NCBI RefSeq assembly: GCF_000299365.1
Contig: NC_018655.1
Location: 1,260,001 to 1,292,000, forward strand
Source: Candidatus Nitrosopumilus koreensis AR1
GTDB lineage: Archaea; Thermoproteota; Nitrososphaeria; Nitrososphaerales; Nitrosopumilaceae
Length of the DNA: 32,000 nucleotides
Direction of reading: 5' to 3'
The number at the start of each line of letters is the position of its first letter. Position 1 is the stretch's first letter. The notes below the pieces were generated by a model. That model did no database searches. It was not told where the DNA came from and was given only the letters and a program-made list of their open reading frames with translations. The translations under genes and the position numbers were made by a program. Below, piece after piece: positions 6,545-14,579 of the stretch.

Positions 6545-8224
6545 CTACATCCACCGCTTCTTTTTGAAATATGCTATCATAGTAGTTGCAATAATTCCCA
6601 TAGCTCCAAGCATTACAAAATAGCTTCCCTCCCATGCTAGTTCTGGAACATATGAAAAGTTTGTTCCATAGATTCCAGCTATGAATGTTATTGGAATGAA
6701 TATGGATGCAATAATTGTAAGAGTCTTCATGACTTCATTCATTCTGTTGCTTACACTGGAAAGATAGGTATCCAACATACCTCCAATTACATCTCTTAAT
6801 CCTTCTATAGAATCAGTAACCTGAATTGTATGGTTATACACATCACGAAGATACGGTCGGGTTGTTTCTGAGATCAGAGTTGATGAGTCACGTTCTAGAG
6901 CATTAATGATTTCTCTTCCGGGCCACATTGCTTTTCTTAATGCAATCATTCTACGCTTGAGTGTTTGTATGGTCTGCATGGTTTCAGCAGAAGGATTTTG
7001 CATCAATTCCTCTTCCAGATTTTCAGTGACATCTCCAATCTTTTCCAATACTAGAAAATAACTATCAACAATAGCATCAATTATAGAATAAGCTAAGTAG
7101 TCACTTTTGCGTTTACGAATTGTGCCAGTGTTGTCTCGCAGTCTTTTTCGAATACCATTAAAAAAATCATCCTCAATTTCTTGAAAAGTCACAAGGTAAT
7201 GTTCAGCCAAAATAATTGAGACTTGTTCTAATTCTAATTTTCCTGTTTCAACAACATAATGAGGCATTTTCAATATGATCATAATATAATCATCAGAGAT
7301 CTCTACAGAAGGACGTAGTTCGGTGTTCATAATATTTGATTGATGAAGTGCATGAATGCCAAAGTTATCGCCAAAAGTTTTGATGATGTTTGGATCATGA
7401 ATGCCAATTACATTTACCCAAGATACATTTGGTTTGTGTTTAGAATCAAGACATTCATCAAAAGTTGCATCATGAATTTCATTGATGTTATCACCGTCAT
7501 ATTCTATCAGATTGATAATTGCCTTGTCTACTTTTTTTTCACCTACATGAATTAAAGCACCAGGGCGTTGACCAACAGTGTCTGATAGCGTAGTTTTTTG
7601 TGTCTTGGTAGGATTCCTAATTCTCATCATGTTAGGAATATCTTGTAATCCAAAATCCCTAGTGATTTGTTTGACGGCAGAAGCTTTGCTTGCAACACCT
7701 ACAATGATAAATCCAGCAATTATTGAAAAAAGAATACTAACAGCTAAGGGTGTGAAATTCCCTACAAGTGCAGCTTGGTAGATTGCAGATACGTCAGTTT
7801 GTGTTCCAGTGCTGGCTATCAATCCAATTACTGAGTCCAACAAGAAAAACAAGAAAGAGATAGATGCACCGATAATTATTGCAGTGAAAATTGTAATTTT
7901 TGGTGGAACCTCTATGTATGGTTCACCTTTGTATGGAGACAAATATTTCTTGTAACGTATTATCAACAAAGCCATTATGGTGATGATGATGGTAGATGTT
8001 ATCCACCATGCAACAAGCCATGGTCCTTGAGAAGTTCCAATTTGTTCAACACCTGAAATAAGATCTTGGATGTTGCCCGTAAGAGGTATTGAAAGCAGTG
8101 ATGTAGCAATACCAATAACAATCTGATACAAAAATGCAAAAATAAACCCGTAAACAAGTCTGTTTATAATTATTCCAAAACTATTGTTCATTGTAAATAC
8201 TCCTTTGCAGTATTTTCTCAGCAT
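6545..8224 (-). CDS. CorA-family (2TM-GxN) divalent-cation channel with an extra N-terminal membrane domain of about 200 aa; motif YGTNF
   Basis: The C-terminus FIAGIYGTNFSYVPEL plus a final TM helix and basic tail (KKKRW) is CorA-like. About 4 hydrophobic helices lie in residues ~20-180. An alternative start, ATG at 8191, has AGGAG 8 nt upstream and may be the true start. Confidence 0.85.
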   Translation of the reverse strand: MLRKYCKGVFTMNNSFGIIINRLVYGFIFAFLYQIVIGIATSLLSIPLTGNIQDLISGVEQIGTSQGPWLVAWWITSTIIITIMALLIIRYKKYLSPYKGEPYIEVPPKITIFTAIIIGASISFLFFLLDSVIGLIASTGTQTDVSAIYQAALVGNFTPLAVSILFSIIAGFIIVGVASKASAVKQITRDFGLQDIPNMMRIRNPTKTQKTTLSDTVGQRPGALIHVGEKKVDKAIINLIEYDGDNINEIHDATFDECLDSKHKPNVSWVNVIGIHDPNIIKTFGDNFGIHALHQSNIMNTELRPSVEISDDYIMIILKMPHYVVETGKLELEQVSIILAEHYLVTFQEIEDDFFNGIRKRLRDNTGTIRKRKSDYLAYSIIDAIVDSYFLVLEKIGDVTENLEEELMQNPSAETMQTIQTLKRRMIALRKAMWPGREIINALERDSSTLISETTRPYLRDVYNHTIQVTDSIEGLRDVIGGMLDTYLSSVSNRMNEVMKTLTIIASIFIPITFIAGIYGTNFSYVPELAWEGSYFVMLGAMGIIATTMIAYFKKKRWM

Positions 8225-8272
8225 AAATTGATGTCTGTTGGTTTTTTTCTAAATCCATTTAGTACTCCATAT

Positions 8273-10435
8273 CTATTTACTACATCGATATAATACCGAT
8301 GCCAGTAATGCAGAGCGTTCTACTATGCTGTCATGAAGGATATATTCTTGGGTGGAACGATATCTATGACCAATAGGACCAAATCCATCTAATGCAGGCA
8401 ATCTAGAAGGCACGTTACTAATATCTGAAGACATTATCTGTTCATGACGTTTTATTTTCAACTCATGTTTTTTAGCTAGTTCCTCCACAATTTCATAAAA
8501 CCGTTTATCAGATGCTTCCTCAATAACAGGAGGTCTTGTTTGTATTTGGTTTATTGCAACTTCTAGGTTTTTTTGTCCAGATTCCTTCTTTTGCATAATG
8601 GTTCTAATCTTAGAATCCATTGTTTTCCCCAGTGCAGGAGTTTTGAAACTACATACTAATGTCAGGGTGGCATAATTTGGAGTATGTCCATGAGTGCCTT
8701 GTGCAACAACAGATGTTGTTCTCAAACGATAATTTTTTTCATCTTTTGAAAGCTTTTCAATTGCTGCAATCTTTTTGCCAAGTATTGGAATGATTCCATG
8801 TATATCAGAAGATGTAGAGTTAGGCGGAGTAGTAAATCTAATTTGATAATCATTTCTACCATAACACGTTGTAATAATTCCACCTTCTTTACTTGCAGAT
8901 TTTAATCCGATGATATATTTTGATTTTCTAGAATATTGTTGGACAAGTTTTTTGCTAAAACGTCCGCCCAGACTATCATCAGTTGTAAGCAAAACACCGC
9001 ATTTGATTTTCTTGAGACGTTTTGAATAGCGTAAGGCGTGCAATGCACCTAACATTACGGTCAAGCCCCCTTTACTTTCAGCTATTCCAGAACCATAAAT
9101 TCTATCATCGTCTTCAAAATATGAAATAAGATCATTTGGTCCGTAATGGGTATCCATATGAGAAATTATCAGTACATCATTTTTCTCTTCGTCATGATTT
9201 TTAAAATAACGTATATCTCCAACATCAAGTTGCCTATACAAATGCTCAGAGAAACCAAGATGTTTCATTCTTCTAGACAACATTGAGCCTAACTTGTTCA
9301 CATTATCAATATTATATACATGGGTATTCAGGTTGACAAAATTTCGTAAAGTTTCTTTTTGACTTTGCAGATGGCTTCTCAAATAAGTACGGGCAACGAT
9401 ACGAAGAGGTTGAGTAAGATCAGGTTCTGTTTCTGCCAGATGAGAAGAACCAAAATATCTTATTGTTGCAACATCTAAAATTTTATTGATTAAAGATTCG
9501 TAAGTGTATCCTGCTGTTTTGGCAGCATAAAACAAAGAGCCACCTATACCTAAACTCGCCATGGAGTTTAGTTCAAGAATGTAAAGATTTCCATCTTTGT
9601 CCATCCTAAAATCCACTCTACTATAATCATTCAGCCCCAATGCAGCAAATGCTTGTATGCACATTTGTTTTATCTCCTCTGTTTTTTCTTTGGATATTTT
9701 TGCAGGACATGTTTTATCAACTCCACCTATTTTTTTTTTGTCAGAAATTGTCTGTATTTGATCAGGATGACCAAGATTAATTTCAACAACTGGAAGAACT
9801 TCTATATTCGGACTGTTTCCAATAAGTCCCACTGCAAATTCCCGTCCAGAAATAAACTGTTCAACTAGTATATCTTGTTGGAATTTCTCAATTTGTGTTT
9901 TCACTGCTTTTCTCAGATCATTCCAGTTATCTACTACTTCCATACCCATGGATGTAGATTCTAATTTTGGTTTTACAATGACTGGAAATACCAGATCATC
10001 AAATACATCCTCCGGAGTTTTGAACACCCAAAAGCCAGGGGTAGGAATGTTGTTTCTTTGCAGAACAATTTTTGTCATTACTTTGTCTTGTACAATTGCA
10101 TGGCCCGCAGGGCCTGAGCCAATGTAAGGGATTCCAAGCATCTCCATCATTGCAGGAACATGAGTGTACCTGTTTTGTCCTTGAATTCCGTATGCCATAT
10201 TGAAAACCATTCCAGGGTTCTCGCCTGAAACTACTTTTGGCATAAACTCACGTAACTCATCGGCAAGATGCATATCACCTTCAATAACTTTAACAGCATG
10301 ACCACCTTTTTCTAAAGCCCTTGCAACTCTTTCAACAGCTTTTGGACTGTAATGCTCTTTTGTAGTCATGCCAAAAACGTTGATTACGTCATTTGGATCA
10401 ATTTGTTTTTCGTTATAGATTAAAGAAACTTTCAC
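8273..10435 (-). CDS. Fusion protein: N-terminal D-Ala-D-Ala-ligase-type ATP-grasp amidoligase plus a C-terminal M20-family metallopeptidase-like domain
   Basis: 720 aa with a GTG start. ATP-grasp half: PVIVKPKLESTSMGMEVV, ILVEQFISGREFAVGLIGN, SRVDFRMDKDGNLYILELNSMASLG. M20 half: VLIISHMDTHYGP, GSGIAESKGGL, GTHGHTPNYA, GFGPIGHRYRSTQEYI. Confidence 0.85.
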   Translation of the reverse strand: MKVSLIYNEKQIDPNDVINVFGMTTKEHYSPKAVERVARALEKGGHAVKVIEGDMHLADELREFMPKVVSGENPGMVFNMAYGIQGQNRYTHVPAMMEMLGIPYIGSGPAGHAIVQDKVMTKIVLQRNNIPTPGFWVFKTPEDVFDDLVFPVIVKPKLESTSMGMEVVDNWNDLRKAVKTQIEKFQQDILVEQFISGREFAVGLIGNSPNIEVLPVVEINLGHPDQIQTISDKKKIGGVDKTCPAKISKEKTEEIKQMCIQAFAALGLNDYSRVDFRMDKDGNLYILELNSMASLGIGGSLFYAAKTAGYTYESLINKILDVATIRYFGSSHLAETEPDLTQPLRIVARTYLRSHLQSQKETLRNFVNLNTHVYNIDNVNKLGSMLSRRMKHLGFSEHLYRQLDVGDIRYFKNHDEEKNDVLIISHMDTHYGPNDLISYFEDDDRIYGSGIAESKGGLTVMLGALHALRYSKRLKKIKCGVLLTTDDSLGGRFSKKLVQQYSRKSKYIIGLKSASKEGGIITTCYGRNDYQIRFTTPPNSTSSDIHGIIPILGKKIAAIEKLSKDEKNYRLRTTSVVAQGTHGHTPNYATLTLVCSFKTPALGKTMDSKIRTIMQKKESGQKNLEVAINQIQTRPPVIEEASDKRFYEIVEELAKKHELKIKRHEQIMSSDISNVPSRLPALDGFGPIGHRYRSTQEYILHDSIVERSALLASVLYRCSK

Positions 10436-10550
10436 TTATCATCATTCTTTTTTATTATATTTATACTAGTTTTTTAATTTATTACCAAAGTTGAATTCAG
10501 TAAGTCAATTTCAAATAGTTTCTTTAATGAGAAAAATCATATCAATATAG

Positions 10551-11027
10551 TTGAGACAAAATGACAAAATTTTGATCATTATAGGATTAGTTGCAGGAAT
10601 GGTAGGAATGGTAGGAATGGTAGGATTTATCGGACAAGGAAATGTTAGACATGTGTCAATTTTTTGGACTGAAAAAGTTGAGCAAACAATAGTATTTCAA
10701 GAAATAGATGGAGAAACACAAATCAAAGCAATCAAAGGAGTTAAAGGAGATAATAACCCAACACTAATCTCACGTACATCATTTGCTTATGTCTTGACTG
10801 TGATTAACAATGGAACCACCCATCATAGATTATACATTGATGGATTTAACATCCAAACAGACTTGCTTGAGCCAGGACAGAATGACACAATTACAATTTA
10901 CCCAGACAAAGAAGGTGAGTTTACCTATTATGACAAGAGGCAGTATCTAGAACCATTAGGAAAAATCAAGATTTTTTCAGTGGTGCCTAGTGACGAGTTT
11001 ACTGGAGTCTGGAAAGACCTAATCTAG
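10551..11027 (+). CDS. Membrane-anchored cupredoxin-like protein lacking the usual Cys/His/Met copper ligands
   Basis: 158 aa with a TTG start. The TM anchor is ILIIIGLVAGMVGMVGMVGFI. VINNGTTHHRLYIDGFN...LEPGQNDTITIYPDKEGEFTYYD follows the cupredoxin strand pattern, but the position of the C-x(n)-H-x(n)-M loop reads YYDKRQYLEPLG. Confidence 0.55.
   Translation: MRQNDKILIIIGLVAGMVGMVGMVGFIGQGNVRHVSIFWTEKVEQTIVFQEIDGETQIKAIKGVKGDNNPTLISRTSFAYVLTVINNGTTHHRLYIDGFNIQTDLLEPGQNDTITIYPDKEGEFTYYDKRQYLEPLGKIKIFSVVPSDEFTGVWKDLI
10596..10625 (+). repeat. Tandem 9-bp repeat (GGAATGGTA x3 plus GGA) encoding GMV GMV GMV G inside the TM anchor
   Basis: Read directly from the sequence. Confidence 0.9.
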
Positions 11028-11902
11028 TATTTTTGTGCAATAACAAAATCTACTTTGTATTTTAGTGTGGCACGGGCGTTTAACTTTAGGTTCCATGGGA
11101 TAAAGGATGGTTTTTTTGTGGAAGGTGAAATTTTGAATCCCAAATTTATTAAATTTGCACGTAAAAGGGATTCATCAACAGGATTTTTTACAGAGTTTGG
11201 ACCTCTATCAAAATCATAAGGATCAGATATTATAAAATATCCTTTGGTAATTTGTTTGGATATAGACTCTAGTAATTCTAGTGGCTCTATTATCTCTAAA
11301 ACATTTAGAGCCAACACCAAATCAAACTGCATTTTACCAAATACAGGATTTAGTGAATCAGCTACAAAATAATCCAAGTTGTCTTTGAATTGTTTTTTTG
11401 CAAATTCTAAAGCACTAAAAGAACGATCTACTCCAAATACCAATTCATGTGAATTAGCCAAATGACTAGTCATTATACCTATAGAACACCCATGTTCCAA
11501 GACAAGTTTTGATGAAGGTAAAGAAGATAGATTATTCTTTATCGCTGAATAAAATTTTGAATTTTTACTGTTTTGGTAAATTTTAGACCATTTCACTTCA
11601 AGACTACTTCGATCATTGTCTTTTGCATTCAAAGACGATTTCACAAAACTCTTGAGTTTTTGTGAATGAACTGAGGTATACAACTTACCTCCAAGCACAC
11701 GTCTAGAAGAAAGATATTTTGTAAAATCATCCCACAAGATGGGAATTTTTTTTATGATTGGGAATTCTAGTTTACATTTTTTGCATTCTAAAATTCCTTC
11801 TATGATTTCTTTTTCAGACAAAAACACATCAATTTCGAGTTTTGCCCCACACCTAACACATCTCAGAAATTTAATACTTGATGGTAACATACGAGAAATC
11901 AA
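11024..11902 (-). CDS. Class I SAM-dependent methyltransferase with an N-terminal Trm112-like zinc ribbon
   Basis: CVRCGAKLE...ECKKCKLEFPIIKKIPIL is Trm112-like. VLEHGCSIGIMTSHLA is the SAM motif I. This is followed by DLVLALNVLE. Confidence 0.8.
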   Translation of the reverse strand: MISRMLPSSIKFLRCVRCGAKLEIDVFLSEKEIIEGILECKKCKLEFPIIKKIPILWDDFTKYLSSRRVLGGKLYTSVHSQKLKSFVKSSLNAKDNDRSSLEVKWSKIYQNSKNSKFYSAIKNNLSSLPSSKLVLEHGCSIGIMTSHLANSHELVFGVDRSFSALEFAKKQFKDNLDYFVADSLNPVFGKMQFDLVLALNVLEIIEPLELLESISKQITKGYFIISDPYDFDRGPNSVKNPVDESLLRANLINLGFKISPSTKKPSFIPWNLKLNARATLKYKVDFVIAQKY

Positions 11903-11976
11903 TTGTTACAAACTATATTTCTTTGATGCAAAACCAAGATAATATTAAATGTAGTAATCAATGATTTGATTTCAAA

Positions 11977-13173
11977 ATGGGAGAGTTTGAAGAATTTGCT
12001 GAGGCACTTTTTGGTCAGTTATCAGTAGAAATCGACGAGGAAAAAGAGATTTCTGGACTTGCAATCAAGGCAAAAGAGGACTTGGCAGGAAAAATAGAGT
12101 TCAAAGATCTAGAAAAAATTGCAAGTGACATACTCCCAGAATTCAAAGTAAAAGTCAAAGAATTTCTAGGAATTGATGTATCAGATAGCATAAAGTTAGA
12201 ATTTCCAGAGCTTGAAGATATAAAAAGACTCAAGGGTGAAAAAGTTTTTGCAGACAATGAATCAAAAGAGTTTGTAAGAGAATTATTTAATGCAGTTGCA
12301 AAAGAAGACCAAAAAAAGATTGCAGAATTAATGAAACAAGATACTGCAAAATATTTGGTGTATTCAACATATGCTATTCAATATATTTCAAAAATCACTA
12401 CAACATATGGGGATTATCTTGATGGTACAATTTATCTCAATAAATTCATCTTGTCAAGGTATCCACAAATTATTCTACACAAACAAGGAGAACCATACGA
12501 AGCAAGGTTTGAGAATGTAAACTCAGGATACATGGGTGGCATAAAAATGGCAGTATTAGAAGAATTAGTCCATTCCACACAAGAAAGATTACATAAAATC
12601 AACAAGGAATCTGCAATGCAAGTGAATAAAATTAATGAAGAGTTAGCAAAAATAATTCTAGAACTAGACACAGAAACTGTTAACATGCTTGCAGAATATT
12701 GCCAATTACAAACAGTACCAGATGATTTCCCATTTGCAAAAAGAGCAAACCTATTTTTCTTTTTGAATCCAGACCATTTTCTAATTGAGCAAATTGGACC
12801 AGATGTCATGACATTTACGCATGTAGAGATGGATCCAAAAATAAAAGAAGCAATCCCACAACTCCTAGACATTTACAAAAGATGGCTTGCACCAATCCAG
12901 CATCACCATGCAGCATTTACTGCAATGGAAGGCATGGCAGGATTTGCAATTGAGAATATCCTAAAAGACGACAAAGACTTTCAAAATTATCTTACTACGT
13001 TTATGGGAACAGACTTTTCATCATATCAGGTAAGAAAGAGTATGGGTAAGGATTTTACAAAGACAATATACGAAAAATTAGGCTCAAATACTTTCAAAAA
13101 AATTATCGAAGTTCCACCAAACACACGAGAGCTAAAAGATCCTCAACTATACATTGATAGATTGAGTCAGTAA
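11977..13173 (+). CDS. Hypothetical 398-aa acidic, probably cytoplasmic protein
   Basis: Long ORF with protein-like composition and no family motif that I recognise. Its stop lies 3 nt before the start of the next gene. Confidence 0.7.
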   Translation: MGEFEEFAEALFGQLSVEIDEEKEISGLAIKAKEDLAGKIEFKDLEKIASDILPEFKVKVKEFLGIDVSDSIKLEFPELEDIKRLKGEKVFADNESKEFVRELFNAVAKEDQKKIAELMKQDTAKYLVYSTYAIQYISKITTTYGDYLDGTIYLNKFILSRYPQIILHKQGEPYEARFENVNSGYMGGIKMAVLEELVHSTQERLHKINKESAMQVNKINEELAKIILELDTETVNMLAEYCQLQTVPDDFPFAKRANLFFFLNPDHFLIEQIGPDVMTFTHVEMDPKIKEAIPQLLDIYKRWLAPIQHHHAAFTAMEGMAGFAIENILKDDKDFQNYLTTFMGTDFSSYQVRKSMGKDFTKTIYEKLGSNTFKKIIEVPPNTRELKDPQLYIDRLSQ

Positions 13174-13176
13174 TAA

Positions 13177-13995
13177 TTGGAAGAAAATTTTGATCCATTT
13201 GTTGCAGAATGGTATGCATTTGTAAAAAACCCAAATTTCAATCTAGTTGAAAAATGCCTCAAATTTGCACAGATTCTAGAATATCCAGATCTAGATATTG
13301 AAAAATACATTGAGAAAATCAGCAAGATAGGAATGTCACTAAAAGAGTCAGTTAGTGATGTAAAGAATCCAACTTATCTTATTTCTATGTTAAATGAGCA
13401 TCTGTTTGAGAATTTAGGATATAGTGGAGATGATGAAGATTACTATAATCCAAAAAACAATTTCCTAAATGAAGTATTAGATAAAAAAACAGGTCTCCCA
13501 ATTACCATTTCAATTCTTTATGTAGAAGTTGCAAAGTTTGTAGGTCTGGATCTAAAGATTGTTGGATTCCCCAGTCATATTTTGGTAAAACATAATGAAG
13601 AAATCATACTAGACCCATTTTATGATGGGCGATTACTAGACATCGATGACTTGCAAGAGATTCTTGACACAAATTATGGTGGAGAGATAGAATTCAAACC
13701 AGAGTTTCTAGATGAGATTGAGTCTGAGCAAATACTAGTTAGACTCACTCGTAATTTGAAGAATTCATATGTTCAATCTTTTGTTTATGACAAGGCACTT
13801 CGTTGTGTCAACATGGTATTAGCAATTGAACCAGAATCTCCTGAAGACATTAGAGACAAGGGGATATTAGAAGAAAGATTACTAAATTATGATAATGCTT
13901 TAAAATATTTGAATAAATATTTGGAAATTAATCCAAATGCAGAAGATGTAGATTTTATTTTAGAATTAATTAGAAGTATAAAGACAAAAAATTAA
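13177..13995 (+). CDS. SirB1/YchA-like protein (transglutaminase-like N-domain plus TPR-like C-domain)
   Basis: 272 aa with a TTG start. LNEVLDKKTGLPITISILYVEVAKFVGLDLKIVGFPSHILVKH...ILDPF is the characteristic core. The C-terminus is TPR-like (ALKYLNKYLEINPNAEDV). Confidence 0.75.
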   Translation: MEENFDPFVAEWYAFVKNPNFNLVEKCLKFAQILEYPDLDIEKYIEKISKIGMSLKESVSDVKNPTYLISMLNEHLFENLGYSGDDEDYYNPKNNFLNEVLDKKTGLPITISILYVEVAKFVGLDLKIVGFPSHILVKHNEEIILDPFYDGRLLDIDDLQEILDTNYGGEIEFKPEFLDEIESEQILVRLTRNLKNSYVQSFVYDKALRCVNMVLAIEPESPEDIRDKGILEERLLNYDNALKYLNKYLEINPNAEDVDFILELIRSIKTKN

Positions 13996-14162
13996 TCAAT
14001 AATAGAATCTATGTCTTGTCCTTTCTTAATCATTGAGATTTCATGACGAGCAATTTTGTTTCTCAATGCTCTTTTGAGGATATCGACTTCGCTTCTGAGT
14101 AATGCAATTTCATCTTCAAGTTTTGCAACTCGTTCATAGATGGTTTCAGCTTCTGAACTCAT
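13992..14162 (-). CDS. Possible 56-aa coiled-coil miniprotein (MSSEAETIYERVAKLEDEIALLRSEVDILKRALRNKIARHEISMIKKGQDIDSIID)
   Basis: Own translation. A TTTTTAAG box (14187-14194) lies 24 nt upstream of the ATG at 14162. Heptad-like pattern. The stop overlaps the convergent stop of the 13177-13995 gene. Confidence 0.4.
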   Translation of the reverse strand: MSSEAETIYERVAKLEDEIALLRSEVDILKRALRNKIARHEISMIKKGQDIDSIID

Positions 14163-14235
14163 GATTATCTATCAGGAAAAAATTGTCTTAAAAAGTTATG
14201 GGTAAATATTTTGATGGGCAGGTTAGCTTTTTGCA

Positions 14236-14397
14236 CTATAATTCAAATTCTTGGCGGCATTTTTCACACTTTGCACGCTCTTCGCCAGGAGAACCAAGAA
14301 TGAATATTTTACCAATCGTTTTACAAACGGGACACATTCCAGTTGTTGCATTTTTAGGACCTGTACGTATAATTTTTTGAGTTTTTCTTCGTCCCAT
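14236..14397 (-). CDS. Elf1-like zinc-ribbon protein (53 aa; transcription elongation factor 1 homolog)
   Basis: Own translation: MGRRKTQKIIRTGPKNATTGMCPVCKTIGKIFILGSPGEERAKCEKCRQEFEL. It has a basic N-terminus followed by CxxC-x18-CxxC, the Elf1 layout. Confidence 0.55.
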   Translation of the reverse strand: MGRRKTQKIIRTGPKNATTGMCPVCKTIGKIFILGSPGEERAKCEKCRQEFEL

Positions 14398-14432
14398 GTA
14401 AAAACTTCTCGAATCGGTCTATTAAGTTTTAA

Positions 14433-14519
14433 TGGCGCGGGGAGGGGGATTTGAACCCCCGTGTCCTTGCGGACATGGGATTAGCAATCCCACGCCCTAC
14501 CAGGCTAGGCGATCCCCGC
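14433..14519 (-). tRNA. tRNA-Ser(GCU): tRNA-Ser (anticodon GCU), class II with a long variable arm; CCA encoded
   Basis: Folded by hand: acceptor GCGGGGA/TCCCCGC, D-stem GCCT/GGGC, anticodon stem TGGGA/TCCCA with loop TTGCTAA, variable arm GTCC-GCAA-GGAC, T-arm GGGGG-TTCAAAT-CCCCC, then G-CCA. Confidence 0.95.
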
Positions 14520-14543
14520 ACAAAGATGGCTAGAATTAATCTG

Positions 14544-14550
14544 TAAATAA
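14544..14550 (-). promoter_or_regulatory. TATA-like box (TTATTTA) 24 nt upstream of the tRNA-Ser 5' end
   Basis: Read directly from the sequence. The spacing is typical for archaeal tRNA promoters. Confidence 0.5.
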
Positions 14551-14579
14551 GTCAAACTTTAGAGAAATTTTTTGAAAAC

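Noticed and set aside
12015-12872. Minus-strand ORFs (80 aa and 146 aa) inside the 398-aa gene.
   Set aside because: These are Ser/Ile/Phe-rich antisense shadows of a Glu/Lys-rich coding region. The long plus-strand ORF is clearly the coding one.
14198-14454. Plus-strand ORFs of 60 aa and 67 aa.
   Set aside because: They are antisense to the Elf1-like zinc-ribbon ORF, and one runs into the tRNA-Ser gene. Only the minus-strand reading gives a recognisable protein.
14433-14519. tRNA-Ser as an integration site for a mobile element.
   Set aside because: No integrase, no phage or plasmid genes, and no obvious second copy of the tRNA 3' end were seen nearby. The flanking genes are ordinary.
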